Origin: the human T2T-CHM13v2.0 reference genome, Homo sapiens
Assembly (NCBI RefSeq): GCF_009914755.1
Contig: NC_060934.1
Direction: 5' to 3' (one strand)
Length of the DNA: 64,000 nucleotides
A program made the position numbers and the translations under genes. The notes beneath the pieces are model-generated. The model was not told where the DNA came from, made no database searches, and saw only the letters and a program-made list of their open reading frames with translations. Of the stretch, positions 49,313 through 64,000 are shown piece by piece. Position 1 is the stretch's first letter. The number at the start of each line of letters is the position of its first letter.

Positions 49313-50723
49313 GTCCCTCTGAAATCAGTCTGACTCTCTTCCTCTTTCAGGCCTTCTAGTGCTGCCTCCCCCAGACTCATTCTGCATGTAAACTCTCCAT
49401 TTTCAGGGAGTATGGTTGAGTTTCTCAGATCCAGGCTTGTGTAGATGTTGCTTCCACGGCCTGAACTCATCAAGCTCTCCATTCTCAGAGACCCATCCCA
49501 CACACACAGCTCCCTGAGAAATGTCCTTGGCCATCCCTGCCCGCAACCTGTGCATTCTGAAGGGCAGCTGCCAAGCATGGTCCACTCACATATAGCTAGC
49601 TCCCGGAAGCTGTCCTACTTTTTTCATGGAAGGCTGTAGCAGAGGGAAGCCACATCAGCTATCCGGGGAAACCAGTTTATTTTCCAGTACTTATAACAGA
49701 GAACCAAAGATCCTCACACATTTAGGAAATCAACAGCACAAAGGAGATAGGTCAAGATGAATAAACAAAATAACTGACCCCAAAAGAAGCTGAAATAACT
49801 TAGGGAATAGAAAATAACTTTAAGAGACCAAAACTTCCTTTAATGCCTAAATTAGAGAAATTACTGAATCCATATAACAAGAGCAGATTGCCATGAAATA
49901 AGACAGACTAAGAAAGCAAGAAAGAATCCTTGAAAACTAAGCATGACTACTGAAATTTGAAAACACATCATTAGAAGGGATGGGAGAACCAGCTTAGGAA
50001 ATATCCCATAATGTAGAGCAAAAACACAGAAAGATGGAAAACTTCAGAGCTAAAATAAGAGACATGGATGATTAACACTAATGACCCATCATCCAATTAC
50101 TAAAATTTCCAGGAAGGAAAAATCAAGACAATGAAAGGCAGCATATCAGTCATAGTCTGCACAGGACACATAATTCACCCCCAGATTGTCAAACAAAGGG
50201 ATTTTAATAAAAAGGTAACTTACAGAGGTGTGGGAAGCATTAAAGGAAAGAAACAAGAAATGGTGAGGCACCCAGAGACTGGCAGAAGACAGAAGCAATC
50301 ACCACCCTACAGTTAAAAGAACAAAAGGAGAAAACCACATTACCACAGCCAGAGGACTGCAGAGGAAGGGCCCCCAGTGGGAGCTTCTGTAGTGTGGAGG
50401 CATGCCACCGCCTCCAGACAGCATGGAAGCAAGGGGAAGTAGAAAAGAATTCTACCAACCTCTCTCTCCTTCCACTTCCAGTCTCCTGTCAGTCCCTCCC
50501 ATTGACCAAACCCAACTGGAGCCCTGCCAGCAAAGGAGCCATCAGCTTCCCCTGGCACAGGGAAGAGCAGAGAACCACAGTAGAGAATGCATCTGGGTGG
50601 GGTGTGAGCAAAATAGTCGACACATAGAATCATCAATAGCAAGAGTATTCCAGAGCTACAGATTAAAAGGAAGCCCGAGGAACTGCTCCACACCTAGACA
50701 GGTACTGCAAAATTTCAAAACAC

Positions 50724-50757
<34 letters not shown>

Positions 50758-51027
50758 TTCTAAAATGTTCCATGGGTGGGAGCAGGAAGAGAAAGGTTGC
50801 CTACAAAGGAAAGGAGAGACAGAGACCATTCTCAGTCTTGTCAACAACATAGGATGATGGAAGACTCTGAAAAGATGGAGCTATATTTTTAGGACTCCTG
50901 GAAATATATTTTGAACCTAAAACGCTCATCTCAGCGATAATATCAAGTGTAAAGGTAGAATAAGGATATTTCTAAACTTGCAAGCTTACATTTCCTGAAT
51001 CCTTTCTGAGAGAGTTCATTAAGGAAG

Positions 51028-51376
51028 TGTATTAGTCCATTTTCACACTGCTATAAAGAACTACCTAAGACTGGGTGATTTATAAACAAAACAGCTTTAA
51101 TTGACTCGCAGTTCCACATGGCTGGGGAGGCCTCAGAAAACTTACAACCATGGCAGAGGGGGAAGCAAGGTACATCTTACATGGCGGCAGGAGAGAGGCT
51201 AGGGACTCCCAAACACTTTTAAACCATCAGATCTCGTGGAAACTTACCATCATGAGAACAGCATGAGGTAAACTGCCCCCATAATCCGATTACCTCCCAC
51301 CAGGTACCTCCCTCGGCATGTGGAGATGACAATTAGAGATGAGATTTGGGTGGGGACACAGAGCCAAACCATATTA
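51028..51376 (-). mobile_element. MSTA-like MaLR LTR
   Basis: TGTATTAGTCCATTTTCACACTGCTATAAAGAACTACC...GGGGACACAGAGCCAAACCATATTA. Confidence 0.85.
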
Positions 51377-51469
51377 GAAGGTACTCCAGCACAACTGGTA
51401 TAAAATCAAGCAAGGAGAGATGAGGTCAAAGAAATGGTTGAACAGGCCCAGGAGCCTGGGATTTTCTTT

Positions 51470-51990
51470 CCCTACGCAAATAGTAAACCTGCATTACTGT
51501 ATTTCTAGGGGAATTACAGGGATCGATGCCATGATTAAAGACATGAAAGATGCAGGGACAGGGAGGCCTGTCACATTTCTGCCCACTTGGCTCACCTCTT
51601 TAGCTCTTTAGCCTGTGCAGGAAGTTGCTGAATCTTGGAGAATGACTGTATGTCGTCGTAAATTTAATCAGGCAGTAACTCCAATTTTAGCTGCTTTTCT
51701 AAATGCAACATAGAACAACTTAACCACTCTCAGCACTTAGTATGTAGCTATTGACTCAGCTTGTGTTTTCTCCCCATCTGTATCGGTAAGAACCAGCAGA
51801 AGTTTGCTTTCACCTGGCAAGGATAGAAGTACAAAGTCAGTGTCTTCTCCCAGATCATGTTCGTTTTCCAGCTTTCTGTTATAGTGTGGTCTACAGAGAC
51901 CTTGATCTTCTGAACATCCCACAGATCCACAGATGGTATGCTGGTGCACTACACTGGTAGCACATGCTGATTGAACTGATGAGCAGGGAG
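51470..51990 (+). mobile_element. Fossil ERVL (class III) pol / reverse transcriptase fragment
   Basis: Broken frames give IVNLHYCISRGITGIDAMIKDMKDAG, PVQEVAESWRMTVCRRKFNQAVTPILAA and NQQKFAFTWQG, resembling ERVL RT motifs (IKDLKDAG, WRMTVDYRKLNQVVTPIAAA, QKQFAFSWQG). Confidence 0.75.
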
Positions 51991-52369
51991 AATAAACCAG
52001 ATGCCTTCATAAGATGCATGCAGCACATGGGCATGGGTGGGACAGTAGCCATCATAGCCCGGGTAGTCTAAGCTAAGCACACGGGATATGTACCAGATGG
52101 CACCCATCTGGCGTGGGGGAGCCTGGCATGGCATGTCAGAGCCAGAATAGGACAAAGAGTGGCCATGCAGGGAGGCAGGGGCACGGTGGCCTAGCACAGG
52201 GTGTTAGAGTCCAAGTACTGTCAAATGAAAGTCCACATGGCAGAAGGGGACAACCAAGTGTGGATGTCAGAGCCACACAGAATGAGTGGAGGGGCAGAGT
52301 TCTGCTATGGAAGATTGGGTATATGCAGGGGGACCAACTGAGCAAAGTTGGGAGCCAGTTTTCTCACTC

Positions 52370-53470
52370 ATGGAGAAGGCAGTCATGAATATGGAAGGAG
52401 GGAAACCCAGAATAAGCCCTGTGGTTTTGATTAGAATTGAAAGTATTGAAGTGAGCTCATGGTTTTCTATATAGAGAGATAAATATTGATCTAATAGTGT
52501 GTGTGCATATATATCCTTGCTCTGTCCACTGAGAGAGTCTAGGAGCAGTGATACCCCAATAGCAATGAACACTCCTAGCACCCATATATTGACTTCTAAA
52601 TGCCATTCTCCATTAAAAGAATCCAAGTCTCCTTCGGAAAATGGCTGATTCCAGGGCAAGGGCTGGGAAAGCCCAAGATAAACCTGAAAGATCTTGGGAG
52701 CTAGAAAGTAATGAAGTACTCTAAGAATGAAGGGTGCAGGCCAGAAAAGCCCAGAACCTGGCTTGAAGGGGCCCTTGATGGCCAAATCTTCGACCATGTG
52801 AGCATCAAAGTAAATAATAATGATGATGGATAATAACCTACTGAATAAAATAAAAATCTGAGTCCATTTCAATATAACTAAATGATGGAGTAAAGTGACA
52901 GTTTGATGAGGAATGGAATATATTCATGGTTTCAGTGTGCCTCATCACAAAATATTTGTTTATTACAAAGAGAAGAGTCACCTTACAGTGGAGAAGGCTG
53001 GCAGTCACCTCTGTAATCAAATGATCATAGCGAACACCATCTCTAATCCTAGAGTGAAATTACTCACCGCATGACAGGATGCAAGGAAAACGCAGCACAG
53101 CTTCTGTGATCTTCCTGCTGAAGGTGCATGCAAGTGAATCCAACCCTGAAGAAGCATCAGCCTCAACCCAGGTGAGGGACATACTACAGAATAACTGGCC
53201 TGTCATCTGGAAACATAAGGCCATGGAAGTCAAGGAAAGAAGGGAGAACCATTCCAGATTGAAGGAGACCAGAGACAGGAGAATGAAACCTGTGTATCTT
53301 GGGACAGCTGATGAAACTTTAGTGGAGCCTGCAGATGAGGCGGTAGCAAGGTGTTCATGCAAATTGCCGGGATCATGCTTTCAAATGGCATAGAAAAATT
53401 AATGTTCTTTATCCTCACTTTCAACTTTTCTATAAGTTTAAGATGATTTAAATTATATTTTTAAAGGTGT
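52370..53470 (+). mobile_element. L1MC4-like 3' fragment
   Basis: CTTGCTCTGTCCACTGAGAG...TAGCAATGAACACTCCTAGCACCCA...GAAAATGGCTGATTCCAGGG. Confidence 0.6.
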
Positions 53471-54849
53471 CAAAAATTTTCTTCATCTTTATAGAATGAA
53501 ACAGAAATAAAAATTGAAAGTGGTAACCTCTGGAAATAGAACTGGGGGAAAGAAGGAAAGAATATCAACGGGAGTTATCTGACCCATAGGATTTTAGGTC
53601 ATTTTTTGCTTTGTTTCCTTTTCTAAATTTCTCTCTATTAAAAAAGAATGAATGATTACAACTTTATAAAGGAAAGAATCCATAAAATATATGTAATTAA
53701 ATCCCATGGTACAAAGGGCAAAGAAGCTTGGCAACAACGCTTCCAGCCTCAGTTTTGTCATATGTAAAATGGAGCAAAGATGGGTTCAGGCTCATTACAA
53801 ACTGGTGAGGGTTCAAATAATTAAGGGATAGGGATAGAATATCAAAGTATTTTCAAAGCCACATAGAAGGGAGGTGTGAGGGAGGGTTCCTAGGACTTCA
53901 AAGTCGGAAGCCGATAAGGGCCTGGCCTTCCCAGAAGCCTTCTAAGTAGAGATTCTGGCCAGCAGGGCTGCTGAAGTGGGCACACCTGCTGTAGGAGGCG
54001 TCTCCTTGGGCCCTGAGGGATCACCTGTTCTTTGTTTGCCTTTGCTTCTCTGCTGAGGCCATAAAGAGGCTGGGCTGTAAAATAACCTACTCTGGCCCCA
54101 GGAAAGAGATAAGAGATGTCAACTGGGCAGCCAACACCTTCCCTGCCTCCCACCCCAAACAGCTGGCCCTGCCCTCCCCACCCCCACCTCTTCTTCTCTC
54201 CAGAGTAAAGCTGGACTTCCCTACTGCCTCCTGCCTGTCCCTTCTCACCAATGCTGCCACCCTTTTTCTCCACTCTATTTCAAGGAAGTAGCCATCTGCC
54301 ACTAAAACTTTATCCCATGGTCCAATCCATGAGCTTGAATCCAACCAGCCCAGAGCAGCATTTTCCCCCTTGATAGAGAATAAGAGAAAGACAAAGACAA
54401 AGGCACATTATTTCCCTAAAGTCCTATATTCCCTGTCTTCTGTGAACCAGTGAAATTATCAACCCACAGTGGGTCAGCTGCCCTTCTGTGGAGCACATCA
54501 GAGGAAAAATACCAACGCAGCCCTGGCTGCACACTTTGTGTCGACTCTCCCAATCCTTCTCCCTGCCTTCTGGAACTACAGAGATTCATTCAGTCTACTG
54601 TCATTCAACTAATATTTTAAAGCAGTTCAGTAGACTGAATGTTACATGGACAATAGACTCAGTGTTACAGAGACACTGGATGTACAGTTTCGCTTCCAAA
54701 GACATGTTATAAAAAAGGGCACAAATGGGATAATAAGTAAAATAGGCACCAGATTACCATATGCTTTGAACAGAGAATTTACCCTATTCTATTCCCCATC
54801 TCAAATTGTGCTTAGCTATGTTGTCCTACCAAAATTCCCTGATATGGTG

Positions 54850-55340
54850 ATATATTAGTTAGCTAAAGCTGAGTAAAAAAGAGCCACAAAATCTTAGTGA
54901 CATACAATTGACATGACTGCAGGTCAGCTGGGGCTAGCTGACCTAGGCGAGCTCAATGGGGCAGCTCTGTTTCAAGCTATGAGTCCAACTGGACTTGGCT
55001 CCTCACTGAGATTTAAACTTCTCCACTGATATTCCATCTGGGGCTCAGGCTGAAGGAGTTCAAAGAAGTGTTATGCATGGAGATGGCAGCAGTTCAAGAG
55101 GACAAGCCCAGCTATGCAAGGTAATTTCCATTCCTCCGTGAGTCACATCTGCTAACATCCATTGACCAAAGCAAGCTACATGGCTGAGCACAGTCGAGAG
55201 GCAAAGAACTGTCCCCCACCTACCCTGAGGCCAAAGCAAGTCAGAGCCATGCCCAACATTAATAGAACCAGTAACTACACTCTTCCAGTGAAATGGAGAG
55301 GTGGAAGAGTGAATATGTTTGAACAGTAGTCTCATCTATC
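54850..55340 (-). mobile_element. Old MLT1 (J/K-like) LTR
   Basis: GTCACATCTGCTAACATCCATTGACCAAAGCAAG...ACATGGC. Confidence 0.55.
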
Positions 55341-55651
55341 ATAGTCAATGATACAATTTCAGAAATATTAAGGAAACCAGTATTTGTATCTATCTCATTG
55401 AATATAATAATGAAAAATTTCTCATCTTACATTACCAAGTCCAACTCACTTTTTTCCACAGATAATTTTAAATCTTCCCCCAAAAGAAGCCCCATTCCAT
55501 TTTCTCATGGAAATAATAAACTCAAAATTTCCCATCCCCTAGAGCAGTTTCACTCTGAAACAGATACAGTTTCCCTACACTTCCAGACTGGGCTATAGAA
55601 AGTTCTACAAGGACACACAAACATAGACAAAAAAGAATATTGCAATATTAG

Positions 55652-55653
<2 letters not shown>

Positions 55654-55683
<30 letters not shown>
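55654..55683. repeat. (GT)15 microsatellite
   Basis: Perfect GT run. Confidence 0.92.
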
Positions 55684-55685
<2 letters not shown>

Positions 55686-55773
55686 ATACATCACATGAGA
55701 AAATTCCCAGATCCAAATGAGGTATAATAGCAGCTTATAATTAGAGTAACTATTCCATTATACAAAAAAATTA

Positions 55774-56504
<731 letters not shown>

Positions 56505-56506
56505 GA

Positions 56507-56524
56507 TGGTGTCAGAGCAGATCT
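56507..56524 (+). other. Degenerate retroviral primer-binding site (tRNA-Leu-like)
   Basis: TGGTGTCAGAGCAGATCT starts 2 nt after the LTR's CA end; TGGTGTCAGA is complementary to a tRNA-Leu 3' end. Confidence 0.6.
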
Positions 56525-56872
56525 GAAGTAGAGCTTCTAACGACTCCCAGGAGTGCTGAGTGACCGAAGCCAGGTACCTGCAGGACCTATTTGTGTTCGT
56601 TGATCTCTCAGAGCAGTTGGAAGTCATGGTAAGTTTTCTCTCCAATGTCAGAGCTCCACTGATTTGTGTTTTGAGCTCTCCGAGTTTCTTTGAGCAAATT
56701 TCTGTTCCAAACTGGGTTTGGAAGTCATGACAGAAACTGGGCTGGTTCAAGGAATGGATTTGATCTGGTAATTAACTGGCTTGGATACAGTTAGAGGCCT
56801 CTTACATCTGACTGGGTCAGAAAGAAATGTAGTAAATGGTAATATTGCAGGGGTGTAAAATTAGGCTATTGA

Positions 56873-57262
<390 letters not shown>

Positions 57263-57315
57263 TAGGTTGATCAAAGGAACCTGAGAGCAAAGCCAAAATC
57301 TGAGGTAAAAATTGA

Positions 57316-57626
<311 letters not shown>

Positions 57627-60374
57627 TGGATCCTTAATTTCTGAAGAACTGAGTTCCTTCTGGCTAATACCTGCATAAGTGGTAGGCCCCGGAAGCAGCA
57701 GTCTTATAGAAATGGTGAAATCTTACTAAAGATAACTTAGAGTGGAATGTTCCAAATGAACAAAACTGCACTGAAGTGCATTTGAAAATGAGGGCTCCCA
57801 AGTTAGTCTCATCTAGGGATGTCTATTGATATGCAGAAGCTTCTAAAAAGATTTCAGTATTTTTATTTAAAGACTTTACAAAAGGCAAATCGAAAGCTTA
57901 TGCGACTCATTGACTTAAAAAATTAAATCTGCTAGCCTTTTAGCTTAGTTACGATCCCGATCCAAAGGAAATAGACCGCAGCACCAATGGGCTGACTTTG
58001 GGTGAGTAGTGGGTTCATTTTACCTGGTAAAGGATGGGATTGGGTTGGAGGCCTTCCCCCTCAGTAAAGTCCCTCTTTGTTAAACGTGGATTTGGCACCA
58101 TGGGGTTAACCACTATTCTCTTTGGAGTGATCTGCCTTGCACTCTTTGCTAACACCAGTGGGTGATAGGATTAGGCGTGTACCAGGCCATAGAACGTGGG
58201 GAACTTTTTCTCCCCAAAGGGGAAAATTTGGGAGCTGATGGGACTGCTCGAAAAGATCCTTCACGACCAACAATCAGCCGCCTGAACTTTTGATTCAGCA
58301 TCCCTGCAATGGGTGGGTCTTTCTCTGGCCTCCCTGAGCTCCTCATCTTCCCCACTCTGCCACAGGCAATGCTTTTCTCCCTTTCTCTTCTTTCCCTTTC
58401 TTTTCTGTTAAAAGGGCGTCCATCTTGCCCAAAGATCACATGTTGAAACTCCTTTAATCCACTTTGAATGTATTAAAGATGATAGGGACCAACTGGGGGC
58501 AAGTTTGAGCCTCACAAGTTCGATAGTGGGTGCTAAGCAGAGTGGCTAATGTCTATGTTTTGTCACATGTATTTTTCTCTGGCCAGAATGGAAAACATTA
58601 ATTTGGGTCCTCCATGCAGCTAGTTGGGTGGCAACTTGCAAAATTGAGAGGCTTTTGCCTATGGTTACAAACTTTGCTACAGATTCCTGAAACAAGCAGA
58701 AAACTGAATGAGGTCTCCATCTTGTTTTATGTCCTGGGGAGCTTGACCTTGTAACAGCGTGGCAGTACTTTCTCTTGGTCTCTGCCATCTAGGGAAAAGG
58801 AATTTTGGGGCTCATATCATAGTTAGCTCTAAAAATTATTTTGAGTAGTTAAAAGCCATTGCAAGCTCAAAATTGATTGCTCTAGACTCTTTGTGGGAAA
58901 AGCAGTGGAAACTGCCCAATGTTTTGGCTCAGCAGCTAAGGGTTTGCCATTTTATAATGGCAGCCTGGGTTCTATCCTAGCTTACAGAATGAGTACATTC
59001 TGGTGGACATCTCTGTGACCTTTACCGTTTGTTGATTCCCTTCCCCTCCATTAACAACTTCTGGCTTCCCTTCTTAGATTTTCCTTTCTCTGAGCTACCT
59101 TTGAAGATTCTTAATTTTGTAAAAATTGAAAATACCTCATACACTCATGGTTAAGTCATAACCTTAGTTGAGGTTTGTTGGTTTCACTCGTAGAGTTACT
59201 TACGGTAAAGTTTAAAAGCCAGATATATTGGCTGTTTGCCCTGGCTAAACTAGAGTAATGAGAAATTAAAAGAACATTTTTGTGAGTGCTGTGGTTAAAA
59301 GTCAGTTTAATTAAAGCTGACTTGGATACATATATCCAAGCTATATGTATATTTAAATGGCCTTTATGGGTTTTTATTCCCTTCTTGGATCTTATTTTTC
59401 TGAAGAAAATAGGTTTGTTTGTTTTTTCTTCTCAGTCAACTGAATTGTTTTTCTCCATTTTGTCTTCTTGCCACACTTAATGCACACATGAGAAGACCTA
59501 AGATAACTTCCAATAGTCTGGGACTCCTTAGGAAAAACAGAGGAAGTGCCATAGACCCGGTTTTGGGAAAAAATCTCGATTTTCCTCATGAAACCCCAGG
59601 AATTGAAAGTAAATAGATTTTGCATTGTGTTATCTGAAGGTTTTCAGTTTTGGGGGTATCAAAAATTACTTGCATTATAAGAGAACTTTCGTGTGTAATA
59701 ACTAGGTAGGAAATATACTTTTAGAGATGGTTAATGGCAGTTATGGGGGGATACTAACCATGCTTGAATCAGAGAAGCATGCTCTTGGCCACCTAGAAGG
59801 TACGGAAAAATCCCCACCCCCTACTAGGAGTCAAATTAATTGACTCTCACGGGGGACAGGCTGATTGCAAAATGGGCTGATTGGCTTTGGGTTGCCATGC
59901 AATTAAATGCATGGTAAAAGCATTGCACTGTCTTCTATAGCATTTTCCTCTTTTTAGGGATCTGGGATGTAATATAAAAATGGGACCCTTAATTTTGGAG
60001 ATCTGTTTTTGTCATTCAGTTGTGCCTCCTTATTAGGTCCTAGAAACCGCATCCTTTCCTGGCCCTGCTCCTTGAAGGACCCCACCCTGAAGCCAGTAAT
60101 CTAATTAAGAAACTTAAAAACTGGCAAATGAAAAATCTTACAACTAGTGGATCTTTTTCTATCTGTGTAGTTATATATGTGTCGTGTGTGTGATGTTTAT
60201 ATAAACGAACTCTAAGTAATTGGCTTAAAGAAAAATAAGGCTTAAATAAAATATTTTGAAAGAAAAAACTGTAATGCCTTGTAGTTCACGTGACTTTAGT
60301 AATCTCTGAGAAATAAAAACAGTTTTAAAGATTACTGGTAAAATAAAGACATTTGGTCTAAATTAGGTAGGTCA

Positions 60375-60777
<403 letters not shown>

Positions 60778-63700
60778 TTAACAGCTAGGTCAGACCTAAG
60801 GACATGTGGAATTAACCACTCCCCTAGCTATGCTGAAAAGGGTCAGACCTTATCTGTACTTCTGTCTGGTGTCCTAGGCTCCAAACCTAGTACGTAATTA
60901 AAATCACTTACTTAACAGGGTTTTCACCAAAAATTAATATTGCTAAGAATTAACATTGTAACATGTAATTAAGACTACTAAAAAAAGTTGTACATGCAAA
61001 GTGTATGAGGAAAACAAAATGTGCTTTTACTAAAAGATTATAACAAGGCATGGAAATGTAAATTTTTGCCTAGTTTAGAGGGTTAAAGTATTGTTTTAAA
61101 TTAGGATAAAGCTAAAGGTTTGAACAAGTTGTGAAACAGTTGTGAAAAATTAATTGTAACAGAGATTCTATGTATGAACATATTGGCTAAATTTAAAGGG
61201 GTATTACTCAGTTTTTTCTGTAAATTGAACATTGGAATAAAACCACAACAGTTTCCTTAGAGCACTGATCTGCTCTTTAACAAAAATGGTAAAGGGTTAT
61301 AAAAAAGACTTATGAGAATCTTATCTTATAGTCAGACATTAAAATTGAACATATTTGTCTATAAGGTTTTATTAAGAATGGGGTTTGACATCAATAATGC
61401 ACTAATGCAATGCTAAAATTGGCTTTCTCTCTTGAACAAGATTTTTATGCTATATTTTTAAAAATGAAACATTTTTGTTTGCCTTTTGAATAAACTACCA
61501 AAAAAAGAAGGGAAAGACGAGACAGATTGTTTGGAAAGCTAAGTCTTCCCTCCATCAATGAGTAAAGGTTTATGCCTTTTATATTTTTGAGTCATCATTT
61601 TGGCTAAATGAATGACTTATGTTGACCTGGGATTCTATTTCATAATATTAAGTGTTTTAAACCTTAATAACATATTTGATAAGCTTCCCAAAATCAAATT
61701 TCAGCTTCAAAATTGTCTTTTCTGACCTCTAACTTTGAGGTGCTACAGAGGGCCCCTGAAGCATCCAAAAGAGAGGTTAACAGGATTATTTGACATGTTA
61801 AATTACATGAGAAGCATTGTCAAAATAAAAACTAATGTTTAACCTTCTTCAGGCTATATTTTAGTGAATGATATTAATATATGTTCCAAAATTATATGGG
61901 GTTTCTAAAATTCTAATATGTCTGAGTATATGCTATCAATCATAGTTATTATGTTAAGTTATTGTAAACCACAGAAATAACCAAATTTTCTTGTCAATTC
62001 TGTTTTTAACTACGCCTATTTAAAGTCATTTCCACAGTTATTTGCTTACTGCTGATGCTGTAAGATCTTGGTGTGTGTGTATATGTGTTTAGATGTGTTT
62101 ACACATATGTACATGTATTGTGTTTTATGTTGTGTCTACATGGCAAAATCTGGCATAGCTGGCCAAAAATTCCTTAAAGAATTCTATTTAGATAAATGAG
62201 CACTCATATAAAATATACAGCAATGAACAAAAATTTTTTTCGTTCACATGACTTAAGTAAATATTGGATATATTAATTGGCTTCAAAATTGTTGATAACA
62301 TAAAATTAGAAATGTCCCAAAATTGTCAACATATATTTTTTGCCTGGGTGAACTGATTAGACAGTTTATTTGCTTCTGTTAGATCCTTTAAGGTTATAAA
62401 GCTGTGAACCCAGCCTAAAACAGAATGATTTTTGTGCAATTCTTTGATAAGTAAGATTATTTTAATATTGTTGATTCAATAAAAACAGCTATAGCTTGTG
62501 AGTTATCAACCAAATACCCATTTATTTAACTTTAAGGCTCCTACTTAGGTAAACACTTGATATTAACAGGCTACCAAGTTGGCTAATAAAAGAACTTAAT
62601 GACTAGCTCTAATACCTCAATTTTCATAGTAAACTCTAGATATAGTTGTTAAAAAAAATTAGATGATTATACATATAAACTCTAGATATAATTGTTAAAA
62701 AGATTAGGTGACTATAAATAGAATAAACATTTATAAATAAACTTTTCATGTAATCTAAAATCTTAAAGTTATGGTAAATTAAATAATAGGTACTCATTAA
62801 ATGTCCGGTTCATATCCAAATAAGAAAAAACCAACAAATTGCTAAATAAATGCAAGTTTGTTCTTGGCTTCTTCAATTTTATAATAATACTAAATATATT
62901 TAGGTTTATTAATCAAAATATAAGTAATATGAAAAAAATAATTTATTTGAGAAAGACTCTTATGTGGTAAATTGTTGTCCTAAAGCAAAACGACTAGTTA
63001 TTTAAGAAACAGGATGTATAGAAAAAAGCAAAAAAAACAAGTATGTCAACTATGGTCCAAGTAAGTCATAAAAAGGTTCATAAAGGGGGAAGTTATGAAA
63101 TAAATTTTGTGTATGATCAAGTTGTTTATAATTAGAAGGGAATTATTTATAAATGTTTCTAAAGATTAAAATTTGATACTAAAAATACACTAATACTAAA
63201 CCAAAAAAATGTGGCCCCCTATTTAGAACAACAAAGTTTTTTTGAAGTATTGGTCTGCTCTTAATAAAATTGCAAAAGGGTTTTATTTTTAATTCTAAAA
63301 TCTGTTTTTTTTTAACAACAATCTTCTAAACTGCAGCCAGTGTCAGTATCTGCCACATTTCCTGAGATCTAATTAATTTCCCTAGTTTTGGCTTAAAAAT
63401 ATGGTCCTCTTTATTTACAATGGTAATTCATTCCTTGAGGTAAAGTTTTCCTTTTGAAATTTCTCAAATTTTTGTCTCAGAAGTTCAACTTCTGCTGTAC
63501 CTTGCAGCACATGACTTGCAGCAAAAGATCCTTGCCTTCTGAACTTTCTCCCCTTGAAAAGGTGTATTTTTTGCTTGGCTGGGGTGATAATTCTCTCCTT
63601 CAACCTTTTTTGTCAACTCTTACATCTTTTTTTTTTCCCGCTAGTTCTACCTCTGCTATTATGGTCTGATGCTGAAGTGTTTCTCTTAAAAGCCTAGAAA

Positions 63701-64000
63701 AGCAATGTTTTCCTCCAGTATAATTTGATTCTATACTCTTGGCTTTTCTCAATATGTCTGAATTGTACCATTGTAACCAGGAAGCTTTTCCATGCTGTTA
63801 CTAAGAGCCATGTATTTTCTTTCTCAAGAAAACTAGTTTTCTTGTTTACATTCTTCTATAATATAGTGTATACTCACAATCTTGGACATATTCTTCCTGT
63901 GTAGGATTAAAATCAAGTATATTTTTCATTAGGTTCAACTTCCAGGTTATATTAGTGAGATTCTGGTAAGGAGAAACAGTCATTCTGCAGATTTTCTTTT

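Noticed and set aside
52267-52872. 201-aa hydrophobic minus-strand ORF
   Set aside because: Antisense reading of an A-rich L1MC 3' region with no recognisable domain.
62631-62720. ~46-bp tandem duplication (AAACTCTAGATATA.TTGTTAAAA) in the ERV internal region; similar short tandem copies near 14533 and 17501
   Set aside because: Ordinary slippage duplications in AT-rich decayed repeats.

Overview
Primate, almost certainly human, genomic DNA that is mostly interspersed repeats (Alu, L1, L2, MIR, MaLR/ERV1/ERVL LTRs, Tigger3, MER33, MER5). It holds one protein-coding gene, the pancreatic polypeptide receptor NPY4R (Y4; or its near-identical 10q11.22 paralogue NPY4R2), on the minus strand. The 375-aa CDS is intronless (42675-41548, Ala99/Cys240), with non-coding 5' exons and a CpG-island promoter near 45.7-46.2 kb next to a 156-nt pure pyrimidine tract. 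Plus-strand splice signals at 30-33 kb outline three 3' exons of a convergent lncRNA, probably LINC00842. The last 8 kb is a MER57-type ERV1 provirus (5' LTR, PBS, non-coding internal region) carrying four Alus. I found no new multi-gene system. The most unusual features are: (1) a ~420-bp inverted repeat (28897-30132), perfect in its outer 175 bp and about 5% diverged inside, that overlaps a lncRNA splice acceptor; (2) a 46-bp fold-back hairpin written into an L1 by template switching; (3) several other locally templated duplications; (4) a candidate MER5A-derived 5'UTR exon that would create a uORF overlapping the NPY4R start. Repeat subfamily names were recognised by eye and many boundaries are approximate.
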